Assembly (NCBI RefSeq): GCF_009914755.1
Contig: NC_060934.1
Length of the DNA: 64,000 nucleotides
From: the human T2T-CHM13v2.0 reference genome, Homo sapiens
Strand: one strand, 5' to 3'
In this document: positions 55,891 through 64,000 of the stretch, piece after piece
Layout of the letters: every line of letters starts with the position of its first letter
Numbering within the stretch: position 1 is the stretch's first letter
Position numbers and translations under genes: made by a program
Notes under the pieces: generated by a model
The model's database searches: none
Seen by the model: the letters and a program-made list of their open reading frames with translations, nothing else
Told to the model about the DNA's origin: nothing

Positions 55891-58800
55891 ACCTGTCCAT
55901 TTTCAGTCTACTACTGATGGGCACTTGGGTTGATTCCATGTCTTTGGTATTGTGAATGGTGCAGCAATGAACATTCAAGTACATGTGTCTTTTTGGTAGA
56001 ACAATTTATTTTCTTCTGGGTGTATACCCAGTAATTGGGTTACTGGTTGAATGGTAGCTCCGTTTTATGTTCTTTGAGAAATTTACAGACTGCCTTCCAC
56101 AGTGGCTGGACTAATTTTCATTCTGACAGTGTGTAAGCATTTGCTTTTCTCCATGGCCTCACCAGCATATGTCATTTTTTGACTTTTTAATATAGCAATT
56201 CTGACTGGTGTGAGATGGTTTTCCATTGTGGTTTTCATTTGAATTTCTCTAATGATTAGTGATGATGAGGATTTTTTCATGTTTGTTGTATGTTTTCTTT
56301 TGAGATGTGTCTGTTCATGTCCTTTTCCCATTTTTGATGGGATTATTTCTTTATTGCTTGTTGATTTTTTTAAGTTCCCTATAGATTCTGGATATTAGGT
56401 CTTTGTTGGATGCATAGTTTGTGAATATCTGCTCCCATTCTTTAGGTAGTTTGTTTGCTCTATTGATAGTTTCTTTTGTTGTACAGAAGTTCTTTCGTTT
56501 AATTAGGGCTCACTTGTCTATTTTTGTTTTAGTTACAATTGCTTTTGGGGATTTAGCCCAAAATTCTTTGCCAAGGCCTCTGTCATGAAGAGTATTTCCT
56601 ATGTTGTCTTCCAGGATTTTTATAGTGTGAGGTCTTACATTTAAATCTTTAATCCATTTTGAGTTAATTTTTTACATGTGGTGAAGGGTAGTGGTCCAGC
56701 TTCAATCTTCTGTATATGGCTAGCCAGTTATCCCAGCATCATTTATTGAAAAGGGAGTCCTTTTCCCATTGCCTATTTTTGTCAGCCATGTCAAAAATCA
56801 GATGGTTGTAGTTTTGCCACTTTATTTCTGTGTTTTCTTTTCTCTTCCATTTGTCTATGTGTATGTTTTCATACCAGTAGCAAGCTGTTTTGGGTACTGT
56901 GGCTTTACAATATAGATTAAGGTCTGGTAGTGTGGTGCCTCCAGTTTTGTTCTTTTTGCTTAGGATTGTTTTGGCTATTTGAGCTCTTTTTTTGTTTCAT
57001 ATGAATTTTAAAATAGTTTCTTCTAATTCTGTGAAGAATGACATTGGCAGTTTGATAGAAGTAGCCTTGAATCTATAAATTTCTTTGGGCAGTATGGCCA
57101 TTTTTATATTGCTTCTTCTAATCCATGACCATGGAATGTTTTTCCATTTATTCATGTTGTCTCTGATTTCTTTCAACAGTGTTTTGGAGTTCTCCTTGTG
57201 GAGATCTTTCACCCTCTTGGTTAGCTGTGTTCCTAAGTATTTTAATTTCTTTGTAGTGATTGTAAGTGGGATTGTTTTCTTGATTTCACTCTCAGCCTGG
57301 ACATTGTTGGTTTATAGAAATGCTGCTGATTTTTGTACATTGATCTTTGCATCCTGAAACTTTACTACAATTTTTCCTTTTTTTTCTTTCTTTTTTTTTT
57401 GCTAAAGTGGTTTATGAATTTTGGGAGCCTTTTGGCAGAGTCTTTAGGGTTTTCTAGGTATAGAATCATTTTGTCAGAGAAGATAGTTTGATTTCTTCTT
57501 TGCCTATTTGGATGCCTTTTATTTCTTTCTCTTGACTGATTGCTCTGGCTAGGGCTTCCAATACTATTTTGAATAGGAGTGGGGAGAGTGGACATATTTG
57601 TCTTGTTACAGTTCTCCCAGGGAATAATGCTTTCAGCTTTTGTCTCTTCAGTATGACATTGGCTATGGGTTTGTCATAGATGGCTCTTATTATTTTGAAG
57701 TATGTTCTTTTAACACATAGTCTGTTGAGTGTTTTGATCATGAAGGGATGTTGGATTTTATCTAAAGCTTTTTCTGCATCAATTGAGATGATCCTATGGC
57801 TTTTGGTTTTAATTCTGTTTATGTGATGGATCACATTTATTGATTTGTATATATTGAACCAACCTCACATCACATGAATAAAGCCTATTTGATCTTGGCA
57901 AATTAACTTTTTAATGTTGATTCACCAAGATCAAGTAGAATTTATTCTGGAGCCTACGGACTGGCGCTGACATTGTAGAATGAGTAAGGGAGGAGCCCCT
58001 CATCCCTGATTTTTTAGAATAGTTTCAGTAGGATTGGTACCCATTTTTCTTTGCATGTCTGGTAAAATTTGGCTGAGAATCTATCTGGTCTGGGGCTTTC
58101 TTTGATTGGTAGTTTTTTTTTTTTCAATTGTTGATTCAATTTTGAATGTGTTATTGTTCCGTTCAGGTTTTCACTTTCTTCCTGGATCAATCTTGGGAGA
58201 TTGTATGTTTCCACGAATTTATCCATTTCCTGTAGATTTTCTAATTTCTGTGCATCAAGTTGTTCATAATAGTCTCTGAGGATCTTTTGTATTTCTGTGG
58301 TATCAATTGTAATGTCATCTTTGTCACTTCTGATTTTGCTTATTTAGATCTTCTGGGTTTTTTTCATTATTAGTCTAGCTAGAGATCTATGAATTTTGTT
58401 TATTCTTTTGAAGATCTAGGTCTTGGTTTCATTGATCTTTTGCATGGGTTTTTGCATTTCAATTTCATTTAGTTGTTCTCTAATTTTAATTATTTATTTC
58501 TCTGTTATCTTTGGGGTTGGTTCTTTTTTTTTTTTAAGTTCCTCTAAGTATGGTGTTGGATTGTTAACTTGAGGTCTTTCTAACTTCTTGATGAAGGTGT
58601 TTAGCACTATAAACTATCTCCTTTTAACACTGTTTTAGCTGCATCCCAAAGATTTTGGTAAGTTGTGTCTATATTTTCATTAATTTCAAAGAATTTTTTT
58701 TATTTCTGCCTTAATTATTTTGTTCATGCAAGAGTTACTGAGGAGCAAGTTGTTTAATTTCTCTGTATTTGTATAGTTTTGAGAGATCTTCTTGGTATTG

Positions 58801-60880
58801 ATTTCCATTTTTATTATGGTGTGGTCCAATAGTGTGCACAGTATGATATCAACTTTTTTGAATTTATTGAGACTTCCTTAATGATTGAGCATATGGTTGA
58901 TATTAGAATATGTTCCATGTGCAGATGAGAAGAATATATATTCTGTTGCAGTTGGGTATAGTATTCTTTAAATGTCTATTGGGTCCAATTGGCTGAGTGT
59001 CATGTTTAAATCCATAATTTTTTTGTTCATTTCTGCCTCAATGATATGTCAGTAAAGTCTGTCAGTGGAGTGTTGAAGTTTTCCATTATTATTGTGTGGG
59101 TCTTCTTGTAGTTGTTTTATGAATCTGGATGCTCCAATGTTGGGTACATATATGTTTATGATAGTTAAATCTTCTTGTTAAATCAAAACCTTTCATTATG
59201 TAATGTCCTTCTTTCTGCTTTTTGTTTGTTGATGTTTTAAAGTTTGTTTTATCTGATATAAGAATAGTGAGTAGTGCTCTTTTTTCCTTCCTGTTTGCAC
59301 GGTAGATCCTGCTACTTTTAGCCTGTGGATGTCATTACGTATGAGATGGATCTCTAAATGATGGCAGAGAGTTTGATCTTGTCTTTTTATCCAGTTGGCC
59401 ACTCTATGCCTTTTAAGTGGGGTGTTTAGACTGTTTACATTCAGGGTTATTATTGATATCTGAGATTTTGACCCTGTCATCATATTGTTAGCTGGTTGTT
59501 TTGTAGAATTGATTGTGTAGTTTCTTTATAGTGTCTGTGGGCTATGTGCTTAAGTGTGTTTTTGTGGTAGCAGGTATCATTCTTTTGTTTCCATGTATAG
59601 CACTCTGTTAAGGACCTCTTGTAAGGTTGGTCTAGTGGTAATAAATTCCCTCAGTATTTGCTTGTCTGAGAAGGATTTTATTTCTCTTTTGCTTTTGAAG
59701 CTTAGTTTGGCAGAATATGAAACTGTTGGTATGAAATTTCTTTTTTTTTTTTTAAGGATACTGGAAACAGGCTCCCTATGTCTTCTGCCTTGTAAGAATT
59801 CTGCTGAGAAGTCCACTGCTAGCTTGATGGGATTCCCTTTGTAAATGAACGGATCCTTCTCTCTAGCTACCTTTATGATGTTCTCTTTTGCATTTACCTT
59901 GATGATTCTGGTAACTATGTTCCTTGGGGATTGTCATCTTGTATAGTATTTTGCAGGGGTTCTTGGTATTTCTTGAATTTGCATGCCAGCCTGTCTAGCA
60001 AGATTGGAGAAGTGTTCATGGATTAATAATAATGTCAATGACTTGTAGGTTTGGTCTCTTTATATAACCATATATTTCTCAGATGTTTTGTTCATTTTTT
60101 AAAAATTATTTTTTAAAAAATTTTTATCTGAGTTTACTCAAATAACTGGTCTTCAAGCTCTGAGATTCTTTCTGTGGCTTGGTCTATTCTGCTGTTAATG
60201 CTTCTTATTGTATTATGAAATTCTCATAGTGAATTTTTTCAATTCCAGAAGTTCAGTTTGGTTCTTTTTTGAAATGGCTATTTTGTCTTTTAGCTCTTGG
60301 ATCATTTTACTGGATTCCGTGAATTTCTGGATTGGGTTTGAATGTTCTTCTTGATCTCAATGAGCTTCCTTGCCATCCACAATGAATTCTATGTGTGTCA
60401 TTTTAGTCATTTCAAACTGATTGGATACCATTGCTTATGAGCTAGGGTGCTTATTTGGAGGGAAAGGAACACTCTGACTTTTTGAATTCTCAGGTTTCTT
60501 GCATGGATTCTTTCTCATTTGAGAGGACTGGTGTTTCTTTAGCTGTAGCATAAGTTGAGTATAATCAATTGGCTTTGTTTCTGGGTGCTTTCAGGGTGCC
60601 AATGCCCTGTACAGGATCTGTACTTAAAGCTGGATTTTTGCCCCTTCTCTAGGAGCTATTTGGGGCCAGGAACTGTCCCTGACATTTGACAAATCTATGC
60701 AGGGTTCCCAGCTTCCTCCCTCTTCAGCCTTGGGGTCTGCCTCACCTCTCTTTTGACTCTTGGTATTTTCTCTTTGAAAATCTGTTCAAAATATGTTAGT
60801 TTACCCAATTTTTGGTCTTTCTTGGTGACAGCAGTGCTTCCTGACTGTGTCCAGTTGGACGTCTTGTCCAGAACCCCTGG
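55891..60880 (-). mobile_element. L1PA15/16-like LINE-1 (partial 5'UTR, ORF1, ORF2; distal 3'UTR absent)
   Basis: ORF2 peptides ([51 protein letters not shown]), ORF1 peptide (IKSFSDKQILREFITTRPTLQE) and ttttggtagaacaatttattttc characteristic of old L1PA. Confidence 0.85.
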
Positions 60881-61074
60881 TGATTATTTTTAAAATGAAG
60901 CTTTGTTGTAGCACTCTTGGCCAATTTAATATAATGTCCTTTTTTCCCTTTATAAGTTAGCCTTCATGTCTTCAGTCTACACTTAGACATTCAGGTCCTA
61001 AATATTACCTTTGCATATTCAGTATACACCAGCTCCATTCATAGCTGAACACTTCACCAGGTTCCTAATTCCTG

Positions 61075-61140
61075 AAAGAACAGAAGCCATATCTGTATCC
61101 CAGGAGGCTGGGGCGACAAGATGGTGGATCTCCCCTTATT
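61075..61140 (-). mobile_element. Possible ERV1 (MER4-group) LTR fragment
   Basis: Reverse strand reads ggagatccaccatcttgtc...atggcttctgttc, resembling MER89/MER90-type LTRs. Confidence 0.35.
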
Positions 61141-61179
61141 TTCTTTTCATACATTTTTTCACCAAAATTTGACTTGTAT

Positions 61180-62615
61180 TTGCAGCTATCTGCTATCAAA
61201 CACTAGAAGTTATTCTTTCTCACTGTATTTTTGTAGCTATCAACCAACTTTTCTTCATCCCTCTCTCCCCTCTACTTTTCTCAACCTCTGTTAACCACTA
61301 TTCTACTTTTTAGCTCCATGGCATAAGTATTTTTTAGTTCCCACATATGAATTATAACATACAATATTTGTCTTTTTGTGCCTGGCTTATTTAACATAAT
61401 ATCCTCCAGTTCCATCTATGTTGCTGCAGAATGACAGGATTTCATTCTTTTTATGGCTGAATATTCCATTGTGCGTATATAACACATTATCCATTTATCT
61501 GTTGGTGGACATTTAGCTTGATTCCATATCTTGGCTATGGTGAATAGTGTTGCAACAAATATAGGAGTACAGATACCTCTGCAATATATTTATTTACTTT
61601 CTTTTGGACATATACCCAGCAGTGGGATTTCTGGATCATATGGTAGTTCTACTGTTTATAAATTTTTTATACTGGCTGTGCTAATTCTAATTCCCACCGT
61701 AAGTATATGAATGTTCCCCTTTCTCTGCATCTTTACCAGCATCTGTTATTTTGTGTCTTTTTGATAATAGCCATTTTAACTGAGGTGAGTTAATAATTCA
61801 TTGTAGTTTTGATTTGCAGTTCCTTGATGATTAGCAATGTTGAACATTTTTTTTTCATATACCTATTGGCCATTTGTATGTCTTCTTTTGAGAAATGTCT
61901 ATTCAGATCTTTTGCCCATTAAAAAAAAATCAGATTGTTATTAATATTATTTTTGCTATTGATTTCCTTATGTATTTTGGTTGTTAATCCCTTGGCACAT
62001 GTATAATTTGCACATATTTTCTCCTATTTTGTAGGTTATGCATTCATTTGTTTATTGTTTTTGTTTTTTGCTATGCAAAACTTTTTAGTGTGATGTAATC
62101 CTATTTGTCTCTGAGTCTTCTTATCCTTATCTTAGAAATGAATCTAATACTATTTGTCTGTCTGTGTTGTTGGCTGTGCTTTTGAGGTCTTACTCAAAAA
62201 ATATTTGCTAAGATTGTTATCCTAAAGTATTTCCTCATTGTTTTCCCCTAGTAGTTTCATAGTTTTGGTTCTTATATTAAGTTTTTAATCCATTTTTATT
62301 TTATTTTTGTATGGGCTAAGAGATAGGGGTCTAATTTTATTGTTCTGCATATGGGTGTCCAGTTTTTCCCACACCAATCATTGAAGAGACTATCCTTTCC
62401 CCAGTGTATGTTCTTGATGCCTCTGTCAAAAATGAGTTGGCTATAAATGCCTGGGTTTATTTCTGGGTTCTCTATTTTTTTCCATTGGTCTATGTATCTG
62501 TTTTTGTGCCAGTACCATGTAACTCTGGTTACTATAGCTTTATAGTACATTTTCAAATCAGGCAGTGTAATGCCTCCAGCTTTGTTCTTTTTGCTCAAGA
62601 CTGCTTTGGGTATTC
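61180..62615 (-). mobile_element. 5'-truncated L1MA (MA4-7-like)
   Basis: 3'UTR tgctatcaaacactagaagttattc...ttagttcccacatatga and ORF2 peptide [23 protein letters not shown]. Confidence 0.85.
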
Positions 62616-62619
62616 CAGG

Positions 62620-63390
62620 AGAATGACATTTTTGAAGAATACTAGCCAATTATTTTATGCAATATCCCTCAATTTAGAATTTTTAGATGCTTCTTCATGA
62701 GTAAATTTAGATGATGCATATTTGGCCAGAATAGCATACTGCATCCTTCTCAGTGCATTGTATCAGGAGGTATGTGATATCAATTTCTCCCAGTTGTGGT
62801 GATACCAGCTTTGATCACTTGGTTAAGGGGAAATCTGTCAGGTTTCTGAAAAGAGTTCCTGTTTTCCTTTGTATTTAATAAGTATCTTGTGGGGAGATAT
62901 TTTGAGACTGTGTAAGTATCCTGTTCCACATGATAATCTCCTTCACTAAGTTTAGCACCTGTTGGTACTTACCTACAACAGTTATTACCGTGGTGTTTGC
63001 CAAATGGTGATTTTCTACTCTCATCACTTCTTATACATTTATTTCTCCAAATACTGCTGTGAGAAAGAGTTTACCATGCTCTCCTATTTATATATTTACT
63101 TATTTATAACATTGTGGTCTCATGGATTCTTACTTTATTCTATGGGTTATAATCCATTACTGTTGTTATTTATGTTGTTGATCAAACTGTTTTAAGATTT
63201 GCCCATTGGGAGACTGTTCCATTTGACTCTTGACTTTTTTTTTTTACATGCCCTTGTTATTTATTGTGCTATTCCTTATTTTCTTTTATAAGTTGATCTT
63301 ATACTTTTCTTTGTCTGGAATTAGCCATTTCTCCAAGGAAATCTGATGACTTTTACTGGAGGAAGGTACTTAGAAATCATGATCTGGACC
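62620..63390 (-). mobile_element. L1MC4/5 3'UTR fragment
   Basis: gacatttttgaagaatactagccaattatttt...ctttgatcacttggttaagg...ggaattagccatttctccaaggaa. Confidence 0.75.
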
Positions 63391-63399
63391 GTGTTCTAT

Positions 63400-63560
63400 T
63401 TTATCTTCTCCCTATGAGTTAGGCACAATTAGCAATCCTACATTTTTAATGAAATAACTGAGAACTCAAGAAGTTAAATAATACATCTGATGCCACACAA
63501 CTGAAGGTGATAGAACCACTATTTGAACCCAGTCTAAAGTTTGGTCTCCAGTGTCCATAC
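63400..63560 (-). mobile_element. MIR
   Basis: atttttaatgaaataactgagaactcaagaagttaaataa...tttgaacccagtct. Confidence 0.65.
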
Positions 63561-63589
63561 TTAAATTTAATTTCTCTCTGGGATTGGAA

Positions 63590-63740
63590 AGCTTTTCCAG
63601 TGTCTCTGAGTCTTCTTTTCCTTGTCTTAGCAATGAGTCTAGTACTATTTGCCTCTCAGTGTTGTTGTGATGGCTAAATGAAAGGACACATCGGAAATTG
63701 TCTATACATTATTTGTTCCATAGTGGATACTCAAATATAC
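63590..63740 (+). mobile_element. MIR
   Basis: ctctgagtcttcttttccttgtcttagcaatgag...gttgttgtgatggctaaatga...catagtggatactcaaata. Confidence 0.65.
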
Positions 63741-64000
63741 ATTGAATTTGAGCTATATTCACTCAGTATTCATAAACACCCACTTTGTTCGCAGCACTGA
63801 GGTAGAAAATATGCAGGTACATGCATATTTCCTGGTAAGAGCTCATATTTCCTGGCAATAATTTCTAATGTCACTCCTTCCTGTGCATCCAATATAGGAT
63901 ACCAGAATCCTTTCCAAGATAGAATTTAGGCAGACACTACTGAACAAATGAAACGTATTTGCTGCCCTAGACATGAGTGATGAAGGGTTGGGAGAACAGG

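Overview
Primate (human-like) non-coding genomic DNA. I find no supportable protein-coding gene, RNA gene, CpG island or CRISPR array. Bases 1-29,000 mix unique sequence with six Alus (J, S and Y classes), MIR/L2 remnants, MER2, MER82 and MER5 DNA-transposon fossils, MLT1/LTR33-type LTRs and old antisense L1 debris. Bases 29,000-63,400 are almost entirely nested LINE-1: a near full-length ancient L1MB on +, a 5'-truncated 3.7 kb L1PA4-like element inserted at its tail, then antisense L1MC/MD/ME, L1M1/MA, L1PA15-16-like and L1MA copies with a THE1D solo LTR. All recognisable ORFs in the track are L1 ORF1/ORF2 remnants, a Tigger HTH remnant, or Alu, LTR and low-complexity read-throughs. I see no convincing new biological system. 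The best observations are mutational fossils: a 54-nt MIR segment copied 1.5 kb upstream into an L1, a probable L1PB 3' transduction of a THE1D fragment, a fold-back inversion replacing part of L1 ORF2, several templated micro-insertion scars, and a possible short 3' transduction behind the L1PA4. Subfamily names come from recalled consensus sequences and need RepeatMasker/Dfam confirmation. Boundaries of old elements are approximate.
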